Source: a virus. Taken from it: a stretch of DNA of 51,718 nucleotides. Shown here in pieces: positions 17,540 through 28,018 of this stretch (within the stretch, counting starts at the first letter, position 1; the number at the start of each line of letters is the position of its first letter). The stretch lies in the IMG/VR virus record IMGVR_UViG_3300013383_000248. The stretch is one strand, 5' to 3'. The notes under the pieces are model-generated. The model was not told the origin of the DNA and did not search any database. It worked only from the letters and a program-made list of their open reading frames with translations. Position numbers and translations under genes: made by a program.

Positions 17540-19219
17540 CTAAACATAATCGTTAGGGTAAGTTCTCTTTAAATATTCCTTGGCACTAACAATAGGTCCT
17601 TTATCCTGAAGGAAGGGACGCCAGATTTTTTCATCTACCTTATCAACATCAATATATTGATAATCGCCCCATTCATCCACTTCCTTCGGCACATCATCAA
17701 AATCATAATCATCATAGCAATCATCACAAACATCAAAAGGTCCTTTGACATCACGCTGATGCTTACCATTAGGAGTTTTTACTACAAACATATAAGGCAA
17801 ACTCTGCTTCTTAAAATCATAGTCAAGCCATTTACGCTCATCACAGCAGCTGCAGGTCGCCATACGTCCATCTGCACACCAACTGCAATAGGCAGCACCA
17901 GTCCAATTATTGAACCAAGCTTCACTTTCATCAATCCAAGAACCGCACTCATCGCACTGAATCTTGCCTTCGCAGCTTGCACATACAACCTTGTCAGAGT
18001 CAGTAAATGCATCCACATTTCCAGAAGGCTCAACATGGTAACCTTTGCCACAACACATACATTCTGTTTCGCCAGAGTAATTAATTTCTACTTCATCTAC
18101 TGTTGGATTAATATAAGCAGAATGATTATCATAGTAATCATTATACATAGCACCGGTCTTCATACGAATGAATACTTCGCCAAAGTTAGTTGTATTCTTT
18201 TGGTTCTGCCAAACTTCATACATCTTATCATCATAATGCCAGCCCATATTTTCCTCGGCCAGTTTCTTGATTTTATTCATAACAAAATCACGCAGATAAA
18301 TATTGAAATAAGGATACTGCTTTACCTCAGTAATAATATCCTTATTAACAATATACAAACAACGCCAACGCTTATTGCTCCAAGTTCTTTCGGTATCCTG
18401 CCCATAATAGTTAAGAGGATAATAAGGATGGTCAGACTCAACATATGCTTCAAGAACAACAGGCGAGTTCATCATTTCAATAGTGCCAAGACGATAATCG
18501 CCACCGTTATACCAGTTCATGCAACTATCCCAATTGCAATCATTATCACTCATAGTAAGATAATCAAGCGGATGAATGGACAGTACAAGGTCAGCATCAA
18601 TCATTCGGTCATTCAGAACACGGGAATGGAGAATACGGAATTGCTCAAATGCATCTTTATCCAATTCAAACCAATCAACAATCTTAGCCATCATTCGCAT
18701 AAGCTTCATATCAGTCTTAAGCTCAAGCGGCTTAGACCCTTCAGCATGCGGGCCACGATTAAGAACAACAGACTTGGGACCCCAATCAAGCATATACTGA
18801 TTCTTATTAACAACAAGGGATTCAGTATCAAGACAATGCTCAATGATGGCACAACAATACATACGCTCATCTTTGTCAAGAGTTGTATCCATCCAATGAT
18901 AATATGTAGAAGTAATTTGCTCGTAAGCATTAATGAAATCTTTCACTTTTTCCAATTCAGGATTATTATAGATTTCATCATACATTTCATTAATCTTATC
19001 TGCCAAATCATCATTAGAAGCTTCATATCTGATGTGCTTTTTAACCATCAGATTATTGCCGAGAAGCTCAAACAGTTCAGGCTTTTCCGCAGCCCAAAAC
19101 CGCAGCAGGTGATTGATTTCATCTACATCATTACATTCATCAGAATGAAGATACATTTTAATATAATCACTCAAAAGAGTTTTTTCTTCTTCCGGAATAA
19201 GTGTTCTTAAGTCTGTCAT
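17540..19219 (-). CDS. large Cys-rich paralog P3 (559 aa)
   Basis: core SIHPLDYLTMSDNDCNWDSC...YRLGTIEMMNSP, C-terminal CMCCGK..CASC..CDEC..CSWC..CSCC..CDDC ribbons; N-terminus alignable with P2. Confidence 0.6.
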   Translation of the reverse strand: MTDLRTLIPEEEKTLLSDYIKMYLHSDECNDVDEINHLLRFWAAEKPELFELLGNNLMVKKHIRYEASNDDLADKINEMYDEIYNNPELEKVKDFINAYEQITSTYYHWMDTTLDKDERMYCCAIIEHCLDTESLVVNKNQYMLDWGPKSVVLNRGPHAEGSKPLELKTDMKLMRMMAKIVDWFELDKDAFEQFRILHSRVLNDRMIDADLVLSIHPLDYLTMSDNDCNWDSCMNWYNGGDYRLGTIEMMNSPVVLEAYVESDHPYYPLNYYGQDTERTWSNKRWRCLYIVNKDIITEVKQYPYFNIYLRDFVMNKIKKLAEENMGWHYDDKMYEVWQNQKNTTNFGEVFIRMKTGAMYNDYYDNHSAYINPTVDEVEINYSGETECMCCGKGYHVEPSGNVDAFTDSDKVVCASCEGKIQCDECGSWIDESEAWFNNWTGAAYCSWCADGRMATCSCCDERKWLDYDFKKQSLPYMFVVKTPNGKHQRDVKGPFDVCDDCYDDYDFDDVPKEVDEWGDYQYIDVDKVDEKIWRPFLQDKGPIVSAKEYLKRTYPNDYV

Positions 19220-19279
19220 TTTAATTCACCTTTTCCTTTTAATTTATATATATATTTTATAATATTTTTTTATAAAAAG

Positions 19280-19310
19280 AAAATAGACCCCGGAAACCGA
19301 GGTCTATTTT
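19280..19310 (-). terminator. rho-independent terminator
   Basis: aaaatagaccccggaaaccgaggtctatttt. Confidence 0.6.
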
Positions 19311-19364
19311 CTGAGGGAGGCGTTTTTTCAAACTCGCTCTTCAAAAAAACTCTTTATACTAACC

Positions 19365-20984
19365 TTACTTCTTCATATTCATCATAAGAAGAAGAGGAAG
19401 CATACTATCATTATCACCCTTACTATCCTTCATCATAAAGTATAGCATCATAGGGTTCATTGTGCCGCTGGAGTTGCCATTCATCAACATCATCATCGGC
19501 AGCATATCCTTCATAGAGGACGTGTCATCCATCATAGCGAACATCCACATATTGCCGAAAGGATTATCATTAGACGGAGGAGTCATCATATTATCAAAAA
19601 GACTTACAATTTTAGTAATAAAAGTAAAATTGCCGAAAGGAGATTTTGTAGGAAGAATAGTTTTCTTCTCACCAAGTGCAATATCAATTACAATAACATC
19701 ACCCTGCTCCGAAAAACCGAAGACAAAACAAGGTTTTCTATTAAATACAATTAGGTCTCCTGCACCTACTGCGTCAATACCAACCGGCATTTTAAAGAAC
19801 AGATTATCAGCCTTAAAATTGAAAACATCAACATCCATAATCTCGCCATTCTTCTTATCATAGGCCTGATAAGTACCATTAACGTTCTTAACAGCCAGAC
19901 CATACGGCGACATACGGATAGCATCATTATCCTTAATCGAGCCAAAATCAAAATTAAACATCTTCATATTATTTTCCTTACCTTTCACATCATCATTGTT
20001 TGTTTCAAGTTTATTAATTCTTTCTTCCATTGTATCAAGACGGTCTTTAATACCATCATCAATTGAAATAGTAGCTGTAGAACCACCGCCGCCACCATAC
20101 CAAATAGTATTACTAGAAACTGAATCACCTACAATAGGGATAGTCTTAGAAGTAGATGTATCATACTTCCAATCAGTCGAAGCGGTTGCTGTAGAGGCTT
20201 CAGTAGAAATTCGAGAATTTAGCGATTCTTGAATTGCCTGCTGTGCTTCCTCTTCAGTAATTACTCTAGTTGGATTAACTTCAACTTTTGCACAATCTGA
20301 AGCTGAAGTCTTTACTCTATCTATGTCATTGTAAACAGTATTCAACCATTCTTTGTTTTCTTTATAGATATTATAACAATTATTAAGAACCTCAGTAGTC
20401 TTATTAAATTCATAATTAAGATTCTTAATACCGTCTCTCATATTTTCAAAAATCATTTTATCAGTTGTATCCTTTACTGCGGGATTAAGGACCCAATTGA
20501 GAGCACGCCAACCGATACTATCCTCTGGATTATATGTGCCTAAATTATTTAAACCAAATAATCTATAATCTTCTGTCTTTTCATTAGTATCTGTCCAATC
20601 AAAATAATTATAGAATAATATATCGGCTAGATAAGTGCCAAAAGAATAAGTATCTTCAGAAGTATCAAATTTCTTATCAGTACCTACCATTCTGCACTTA
20701 GTAATATCACGATATGGATATTTAAATTCCTGGACATGAGCTATGGTAGGGGCAAGATTAATATCATTAATCTCAAACCATACTACTTTATAATCTCCAT
20801 CCATTAACTGAAGAAGTTTCCAATCAGCATAAGGCAATTTATTATAGGCTCCAATTTTAACATTTTCGTTAAAATCATTTAATAATTTTTCCCAAGTTTT
20901 TTTATTATAAACTTTAGAATCATATACTGGACTATAGGTTCTTTTATTACCTTTAGGCCATGTCTCTTTTAAATAAAATTTCAT
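19365..20984 (-). CDS. hypothetical protein (539 aa) with G5/Ser-Thr-rich linker and extremely Met-rich C-terminal tail
   Basis: last 70 aa contain ~17 Met (MLPMMMLMNGNSSGTMNPMMLYFMM..MLPLLLMMNMKK). Confidence 0.5.
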   Translation of the reverse strand: MKFYLKETWPKGNKRTYSPVYDSKVYNKKTWEKLLNDFNENVKIGAYNKLPYADWKLLQLMDGDYKVVWFEINDINLAPTIAHVQEFKYPYRDITKCRMVGTDKKFDTSEDTYSFGTYLADILFYNYFDWTDTNEKTEDYRLFGLNNLGTYNPEDSIGWRALNWVLNPAVKDTTDKMIFENMRDGIKNLNYEFNKTTEVLNNCYNIYKENKEWLNTVYNDIDRVKTSASDCAKVEVNPTRVITEEEAQQAIQESLNSRISTEASTATASTDWKYDTSTSKTIPIVGDSVSSNTIWYGGGGGSTATISIDDGIKDRLDTMEERINKLETNNDDVKGKENNMKMFNFDFGSIKDNDAIRMSPYGLAVKNVNGTYQAYDKKNGEIMDVDVFNFKADNLFFKMPVGIDAVGAGDLIVFNRKPCFVFGFSEQGDVIVIDIALGEKKTILPTKSPFGNFTFITKIVSLFDNMMTPPSNDNPFGNMWMFAMMDDTSSMKDMLPMMMLMNGNSSGTMNPMMLYFMMKDSKGDNDSMLPLLLMMNMKK

Positions 20985-21205
20985 CCTCGGCTATACATCT
21001 CCCATACCATATCTTCTTCGGCAGGTGTAATATCTTCAATCCCGCACTCTTCACACATAATATCAAAATTCTCCTCAACATACCATCGAGGACTTTCCTG
21101 CATCTTCCGCACAAGAGTATTAATACATCCAGTTCTTGTGTTTACCATTCCAGTTCCTTCTGCTTCATTCATAAAGAGAAAATAGCTATCATCAAAACCA
21201 AACAT
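20981..21205 (-). CDS. small acidic hypothetical protein (74 aa)
   Basis: ORF overlapping downstream start. Confidence 0.4.
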   Translation of the reverse strand: MFGFDDSYFLFMNEAEGTGMVNTRTGCINTLVRKMQESPRWYVEENFDIMCEECGIEDITPAEEDMVWEMYSRG

Positions 21206-21297
21206 ATTAATTACTCCTTATTTTTATTTAATTGAAAATGTAATATTCAATTATTTTCTATAAATATTATATAATATTTTTTTAAATTTTTCAAATT

Positions 21298-21894
21298 TTA
21301 ACTACAAGTAATAGAACCAAAAGGCTTATCAGAAAGAGTCGCTGTTTTAGTCGGCTTCTTAATAATTTCTACAGTGCCATCTTCATTAACTTTGCACATA
21401 TAAATATTATTAAGGTCAGCATCTTCTTCGATAGTTTTCTTAATCAATCGTACACTTTCAACTGTTGCCTTATGAATTGCCTTTTGGCTTTCTTCTTTGA
21501 GCGCCCGGCAATCTTCTTTCATAAGGTCGCAGAATTCAAGACCTTTAAGCAATTCAGCTTCTTGCTTTTCTCTATTTTTTTTATTTTCCCACCATCGAAT
21601 AAATTTACGATATTCTTTATAAGAATCAAAATATACATAAAAATTATTTTCTTCACCATTACGAGTACGTTTGCCAGTCTTATAAGAAATACTATTGCTA
21701 CTGATATTCCATTTGTCAGGCTTAATAACAGAATATTTCATCATTTCATCGAAGGTAAGTTCAACAGTTTTTTCATGCCATTTAGTAACCTCAAATTTAA
21801 AACTTTTATAATTCTCCCAATCTTTAAAATAACTAAATACTAAAAAACAGCCAACAGCAAATACAAAAAAGATACCCAAGATAATCCAAAACAT
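21298..21894 (-). CDS. membrane-anchored hypothetical protein (198 aa)
   Basis: N-terminal TM helix MFWIILGIFFVFAVGCFLVF. Confidence 0.4.
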   Translation of the reverse strand: MFWIILGIFFVFAVGCFLVFSYFKDWENYKSFKFEVTKWHEKTVELTFDEMMKYSVIKPDKWNISSNSISYKTGKRTRNGEENNFYVYFDSYKEYRKFIRWWENKKNREKQEAELLKGLEFCDLMKEDCRALKEESQKAIHKATVESVRLIKKTIEEDADLNNIYMCKVNEDGTVEIIKKPTKTATLSDKPFGSITCS

Positions 21895-22430
21895 TATTCT
21901 TTATCCTCCTTCTTCGGCCGCAAATCGTGGTCTTCTCCATTATAGATTTCACGATACTTAGTAAAGAAAATACCATCATTAAAATGATATTCAATTTTAT
22001 TCCAACCTTTATAATGGTCAGTAAGATTAGGCCAATCTACAATACATGCCTGCCGCTCAAGCTCTTGCTGCGGCACTACTCTATGTCTCTTGGAGTTCCA
22101 TTCTTTTGAATTTTCTACACTAGCAATGATAACAATAAGCTGGTAGTTATCAAAGCCGGGGAAACGGCTTCTGATTTCTTCTCTCTGTCCAAGAGTCAAG
22201 CAGTTAGTATCAATGACAATATCGGCACCATCCATCTCTGCACAATGAACAATCTGATAAAGAGTCTGCCATACTTCAAACTTATGTCTGCGGTCGCATT
22301 CATCGCCATTAAAAACGGCATACAATTCATCAGGATTTACATAGCGGATTGAATTCATTCTTGCGAAGGATTTCGCGTAAGTAGTCTTGCCGTTCGCGCT
22401 CAGTCCGCACATCATATATAGCGTCGCCAT
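21894..22430 (-). CDS. polynucleotide 5-prime kinase domain protein (T4 Pnk kinase-like P-loop kinase)
   Basis: Walker A GLSANGKTT; IVIDTNCLTLGQREEIRSRF aligns with T4 Pnk ISDTNLNPERRLAWETF; AAAGGAG RBS before ATG at ~22430. Confidence 0.65.
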   Translation of the reverse strand: MATLYMMCGLSANGKTTYAKSFARMNSIRYVNPDELYAVFNGDECDRRHKFEVWQTLYQIVHCAEMDGADIVIDTNCLTLGQREEIRSRFPGFDNYQLIVIIASVENSKEWNSKRHRVVPQQELERQACIVDWPNLTDHYKGWNKIEYHFNDGIFFTKYREIYNGEDHDLRPKKEDKE

Positions 22431-23059
22431 CAATTCCGTCTCCTTTCAATTTACTTGCTAATTCGTATTCTACATATATATCTATAGGGTCTTTGCTATC
22501 TACCTTTTCAACGCTATATACTTCACGGCCTTGAAGAATAGCAATATAAATATCATTTTCATATTGAATCAATTTCTTATGCCATCTACTAGACCCACAG
22601 TCCCAAGTATCTTGAAGAATAATCTTGCCTGAATGAAGAAGCATATAATATTTTTCAACTGCATACTCTCGACTGATACGATTCATTAAAAGGTCAAGAT
22701 AACTAAAGATAAAAGGATTGCCTGGGCCGCCTGTGCTAGTTTTCCATATATCACTAGGCTTAATATCTAATAGCTTTTTAGTCTTTTCATCCATTGCTCA
22801 TTTCAATCCTTTTATCATAATTTCTTTTATCAGAAATAGGTTCACAAAAAATGACTACTCCATTGCGCATCCAATCTAAATAAATAATATCATCTACATT
22901 GATAATGCGCAGACGATAATGATTCGGACCTTCACTTGTTTCGTTATCATAAATAACAGTACCATACTTAAGAGCACTAGAATGCTTTTGGTCAATTAAA
23001 TCTTGATAAATTCTATCAGCATATTTATCAGTGATATCCATCCAGTTATCCAATTTCAC
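22330..23059 (-). CDS. two hypothetical proteins 22330..22794 (154 aa) and 22787..23059 (90 aa)
   Basis: ORFs; the first overlaps the kinase gene start by ~100 nt in another frame so its true extent is uncertain. Confidence 0.3.
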
Positions 23060-23756
23060 TACACCTCGTCAAATAAGTAATCTTCTGCTTTTGGTAAGTG
23101 CCGAGAGATTTAATAGTTCCCTTGATAGTAAGCTCTTTACCAATCTCCCAATTCTTTGCTGCTGTGCTCCAGCAATAGAGGTTTTCATCAGCATCAATAA
23201 AGGTCATAATATGATTGACGCCATAATAATTTTCAGTTTCAATATTCTTAATTACTTTTACTTTGCGCTCTATCTTGTCTCCAACTTCACCCTGATAGCA
23301 ACTCTTCCCTTCATCATAGAGAAGATTCTCGACTACCTTATTAATAACTGCTGTATCTTTCAGAGTGCCGTCGTCATTACCTACGAGCTCCCAGGGCAGC
23401 TGCACGGGCGTAATACCCTCCGGCACATCTGCCGGAACTTCTTCTGTAGAAACAACATACCACTTAAACATAGTGTGGAAACGAGCATTAGAACGTTCAA
23501 ACCATTCAAGATTTTCAAATGTATTGCCTTTAAAGATGGTAATATAACCATTATCAAAACCAAGAATATGCTTACGATTGCCGGGCTTAATAACTTTCAC
23601 AGGAGGATAATAGCGGTCATACTCTGACTGAGTATAGCTCTTGACTTTCTTGACCTTGCCATCCTTAGTCCGCACATCACAATAGCGTTTACCATTTTCA
23701 ATGTAGGTATCACGCACGATTTCCAAATCCTGATAAGACTTAGCAACAAGTGCCAT
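23046..23756 (-). CDS. hypothetical protein (236 aa)
   Basis: ORF, no recognized motif. Confidence 0.4.
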   Translation of the reverse strand: MALVAKSYQDLEIVRDTYIENGKRYCDVRTKDGKVKKVKSYTQSEYDRYYPPVKVIKPGNRKHILGFDNGYITIFKGNTFENLEWFERSNARFHTMFKWYVVSTEEVPADVPEGITPVQLPWELVGNDDGTLKDTAVINKVVENLLYDEGKSCYQGEVGDKIERKVKVIKNIETENYYGVNHIMTFIDADENLYCWSTAAKNWEIGKELTIKGTIKSLGTYQKQKITYLTRCSEIG

Positions 23757-24717
23757 TATCTATCACCCTCCTCAAAAAGCTGCTTATAAAGAATATCAAG
23801 AGCCAGGTCGATTTCTTCTGCTTCATCATTGTCAATATACTCATAATTGCTTACGCAGAGATCAACAATCTTATTATAAGCATTAACAACTTCTTCATTC
23901 TTAATCTTGTTCATAATACCGTCTCCTTTAAAATTCTTTATATTTCCCATTTCTTTATATATATATTTTATAATATTTTTTTATAAAAATAAAAGAGAGA
24001 TCTTTTATCAAGATCCCTCTTTATAATCAATTAATTCAATTTCAGACCAGAACGGCTGCTCATACCAACTCGTCCAAGGATTCTTTCTAAAGAATTGATG
24101 AATACGCACTTTTTCATTAAACTCTTTTACTTGGGTATAATACAATTCATTTACACCCACTCTAGAGGTTTCAAGGAAACTATCATGATGTTCTACCTGA
24201 TAAACAATAATATCACGTTCGGCTTCTACGTTAGCACGGTCAGTAGGTTCACTAATTCCTTGACTAATAAATACAATTGTGCTAATGATTACAAAAAGAC
24301 CAAGAAGGCAAGCAACTGTAAATGGAACAACGCTCCAATTATTAAATTTATTACTTAAATAATTAGCTAGAATAGCACCGCCCACACAAATAATAATAGC
24401 AAGCAAATAAAATAACATAATTATTCCTCCACTGTTTTATAACCTTCGACATCTACTTCGGCCATACAGCCAATGTCGAAATCTTCATCATCTTCTGGAA
24501 CATTATAATCTGCTTTTGCAGCTTCAATAAAATCTGCAATAGACCATCCGTAGCCCTGCCAATTGTCAACCCCACCAACTTCTAGTGCCTGTAGCTTTAA
24601 ACTATCATATAATAGGTCAGCTAACTCACTTTTTGGAACAAGACAATAAATCATGTTACCACTTATTCCCCTTTCTATAATTATACCAATAAACGCCACC
24701 AATGATACCAATAGCAA
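23756..24717 (-). CDS. three small proteins: acidic 23756..23950 (64 aa), membrane 24008..24418 (136 aa), acidic 24421..24717 (98 aa)
   Basis: ORFs separated by promoter/terminator at 23951-24007 (aagagagatcttttatcaagatccctcttt). Confidence 0.35.
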
Positions 24718-24743
24718 TGATAAGAATAATTACGGGGTCCATA

Positions 24744-26873
24744 TTAGTTCTCCTTTTTATCTTCAAGATTAAAAATTGTTTTTAATTCTTCTACTTTATC
24801 AAGCTGTTCCCATGGGCTATTACATTCAACGCGACCAAAATGGCCGAAGCAGGCATAAGGAAGGTAGCGTATATGTTTTAGGTCAAACTGATGAATGATA
24901 CTGCGTGGTGCAAAATCAAATGTTTGATTAACTGCATCAAGGATTTCAGCAATAGGCTTCTTCTCTGTGCCGAAACAATTAATATCAATAGACGCCGGTT
25001 CCGTTTGACCAATGATATAGGCCACTTGAATCATGCACTTATCGCATACTCCTGATGCAACAAGATTTTTAGCCACATAACGTGCCATATATGCACCACT
25101 GCGGTCTACCTTACTTGGGTCTTTACCTGAAAAACAATTACCTGTAATGAAAACTCTATTATTATATCTTAATACAAGGTTATGAGAAGACACATTAATA
25201 CAATACATCCACGGGTCATTATCCTCATAATCTTCAATAGTTAAATTTGCGATTGAAGGGCCTGAAGTTCTAAATGGAGTAGAATATTTATATTTACCTT
25301 GTCTTACTTCATAACAGATACTCTTACGAGCATAATTTTCTTTAAATGTTTCATCTACTCTATCATCAATAGAAAAATGAGAAGATGTGCCATATACTGA
25401 CATAAAAATAAATTGTATAAAATCAGCTTCATCTTTATGAGTAGTTCTAAATACACAATCTCTATCTCCATCCCATTTAATTACCTCATCAGCAATTACT
25501 TGGGCCTGATGTAGATTACATTTAGACAAACATTCATTCATTTTTTTATTTACAAAAGAGGGCTTATACCAAAAGATGTTATATTCTTTATCTGTAGTTT
25601 CATTATAATTAAATCCTGTTGAAGCAAATAGTTCCCTTAATGCTTCTTTTTTATATTCTTTTTTAACTCTGATTCTTCCAGTCCATCCTGAATTTTCTTT
25701 TAAAATAGACCCATCTGCACAAAATGCTATTTGCAATCTAATTTCATCATCAGTTAAATTAAGACCAGGATTATCTTTAAAATCATAAGTAAAATAGATA
25801 GGGATTTGAACACTTCTAAAACCGTTATTTTTATAATAATGATCTAGAATTTCTTGGCAAGTTTTCTTTTGATAATTACCTTTAGATGTTCTATACAGGA
25901 CGTTATGATTGTCAGATAATACCATATCTAAAGATTTATTAGTAGCAATATGATACATCTTAGTCTTAGGAAGTCTTATAAATTCACCATTAACAAATGA
26001 AATCTTACCATCATCCCATTGAGCTACTTTATCATCAGAAGAAAATTCAGAAATCTTTTTCCAACCATTAAGAGTTAAAAATTCTGTATCTCCATTTACA
26101 CATCCGCCGCCATGAGGTGCATATCCGCCATACGTATCTACAACAATCTTACGACCGGTCAATCCTGTATCAGCCTTGGGACCGCCTTCTACAAACTTGC
26201 CTGTTGGATTAATATAAAATTTACAATCTTTTTTAATGGCATAACCTTGAAGGGCAATATTACAAATGTTCGTAATATCAGGCGTAATCTCTTTAATACT
26301 ATATTTGTCTTTATGTTGGGCTGATACGACAATTGTATCAATCCCTTCAAAGTTGCCATTATCATCATATTGGACAGTTACTTGGCATTTACCGTCAGGC
26401 AATGCCCAAGGAAGTAAATCATTCTTATACTTGCTGAACATAATGACCGAGATATTATTAGCAAGTTGCTGGGCAATAGGCATATAGTTTTCTGTCTCAT
26501 TAGTTGCATAACCAAACATCATACCTTGGTCGCCCGCACCATCCCTATCAACACCCGCAGCGATGTCAGGAGATTGATTTACTACATTAATAATATATGA
26601 ACAAGTGTCGCAGTTAAATCCTGCTTCATCATTGTCATAACCAATAAATCTAAGAGTCTCTCTTGCAATTTCCTGATAAGGAATAGACTGATTTGTCTTA
26701 GCCGTAATCTCTCCCATAATATGGAAGATACTCGGACTAATAGTACATTCACAAGCTACTCGTGCATCAGGGTCGAGCTGGAGGACATAATCTAGGATAG
26801 CATCACTTACCTAATCACAAACTTTATCTGGATGACCCGCAAAAACACTTTCACTAGTAAATAAATAACTCAT
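24744..26873 (-). CDS. metK: S-adenosylmethionine synthetase (MetK) interrupted by an intein; 709 aa precursor; one TAG codon at 26811-26813 aligning with conserved Gln
   Basis: [30 protein letters not shown] (E. coli HPDKIADQISD); GAGDQGMMFGYA; GGPKADTGLTGRKIVVDTYGGYAPHGGG | intein | CFSGKDPSKVDRSGAYMARY; GGAGG RBS. Confidence 0.85.
25137..26102 (-). mobile_element. intein (322 aa) with LAGLIDADG-type homing endonuclease, inserted in MetK after HGGG
   Basis: starts CVNGDTEFLTLNGW, contains IRLQIAFCADGSIL (LAGLIDADG-like), ends VFITGN followed by +1 Cys of CFSGKD. Confidence 0.7.
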
Positions 26874-26895
26874 ATAAAATATTTCCTCCTTTATT

Positions 26896-26934
26896 TTATA
26901 TAAATATTATATAATATTATTTTTTATTTTTCAA
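26896..26934 (-). promoter_or_regulatory. AT-rich sigma70-type promoter copy
   Basis: ttatataaatattatataatattattttttatttttcaa. Confidence 0.5.
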
Positions 26935-27364
26935 CTTTCTCTATCTTACAATAACAAGCGGCGTAAAAATCTTCTTTATCATCGTATTCATCACGATGTT
27001 CCGGCCACCAGTCAGCTGTTAACTCTTCTTTCATCCAATGCTCAAATTGCTCTACGCTATCTGAGCCATTGGCGACAAGCCAAGTGCTATATTCTCCATA
27101 AGGCGTATAACCTGTAAGCCTAAAACAATCTTCATTCTTTTTTCTACGTGCTTCATCTGTGATTAATGTTTTAGTATAATAACACTGACCTAATGCATCT
27201 GCTACATTAATATATTTATCTTGATGATTTTCATAACATTTAAATGCTACTTCCATTAGCATATCACCAATAATATCATACAAACGTGTTTCGGCGACTG
27301 TTGCACGTATCTGTTCATGATCTCCTTCTGGCGACCAGAATTCATATAAATATTCCTATGACAT
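26924..27364 (-). CDS. hypothetical protein (146 aa) with TAG as codon 3
   Basis: GGAGGATAAT-ATG-TCA-TAG-GAA...: MS-TAG-EYLYEFWSPEGDHEQIRATVAETR continuous with track ORF 26924..27283. Confidence 0.5.
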
Positions 27365-27392
27365 ATTATCCTCCTTTGCCCAAAATGGCTTG

Positions 27393-27421
27393 ACTATAAT
27401 TAAAAATTTTTGTATAATATA
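27393..27421 (+). promoter_or_regulatory. plus-strand TTGACT-N17-TATAAT promoter inside a minus-strand gene block (possible antisense/sRNA promoter)
   Basis: ttgactataattaaaaatttttgtataat perfect spacing; no plus-strand ORF follows. Confidence 0.3.
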
Positions 27422-27559
27422 TTTAGAAAATAGTTTTAAATAAAATTTTATTAATCTTCCAAATGTAAACGCAAATAAATAGCTACTCCTAAAAGGATTA
27501 GACCCGGAATGAGAAACCATAGCGGGTCTATTGTAGAATGAATAATTGCCAACATTAAC

Positions 27560-28018
27560 TTAATGACCAAAATACAACCACCACTTTGCTGTAGATACAC
27601 TAGCCAAGTCAAGTTTACAGTTTTTAATACTTACCAGATATTCATTATAAATTTCCAATTGCCGTCTAACTAGTTCACTACTAGATAGTTCAGGATAAAT
27701 AGAGGCAAAGATAACAGCATTTTCAGGAGTCAGTGCAGCGTATGTATCTTTTTCATGGTTGAGATAATTAGCCACTACATCATTGATTGTCTCTTGGATT
27801 GTCTGCATTTCAGTTTCATATACTTCAATCTGTTTATTATATTCAGGCACCTTGCCAATTACAGATCCGCAAATAATAAGGCCAAGAACAGCAAAAGCAA
27901 TAACAACGCCACCAACAACCTGATATCCATAGCCAGCATCATCATAATGGCTTCTAGCCTTAATAATGCCACCAATAATCATAAGAGCAATGCCAATTAC
28001 AAGAGCTGCAAGAACCAT
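27560..28018 (-). CDS. membrane protein (152 aa, two N-terminal TM helices)
   Basis: MVLAALVIGIALMIIGGII...VVIAFAVLGLIICGSVIG. Confidence 0.45.
   Translation of the reverse strand: MVLAALVIGIALMIIGGIIKARSHYDDAGYGYQVVGGVVIAFAVLGLIICGSVIGKVPEYNKQIEVYETEMQTIQETINDVVANYLNHEKDTYAALTPENAVIFASIYPELSSSELVRRQLEIYNEYLVSIKNCKLDLASVSTAKWWLYFGH

Noticed and set aside
17657-19210. 517-aa plus-strand ORF
   Set aside because: It lies entirely antisense to paralog P3, which has a promoter, conserved motifs and paralogs. It is Ile/Asn/Phe-rich, typical of the antisense frame of AT-rich coding DNA. The same applies to the plus-strand ORFs at 32847..34076, 14687..15178, 8927..9364 and 43026..43928.
22330-22433. 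~100-nt overlap between ORF 22330..22794 and the kinase gene
   Set aside because: It was not interpreted as programmed frameshifting. It more likely reflects an incorrect start or stop choice in one ORF, possibly from an unrecognised TAG or alternative start.
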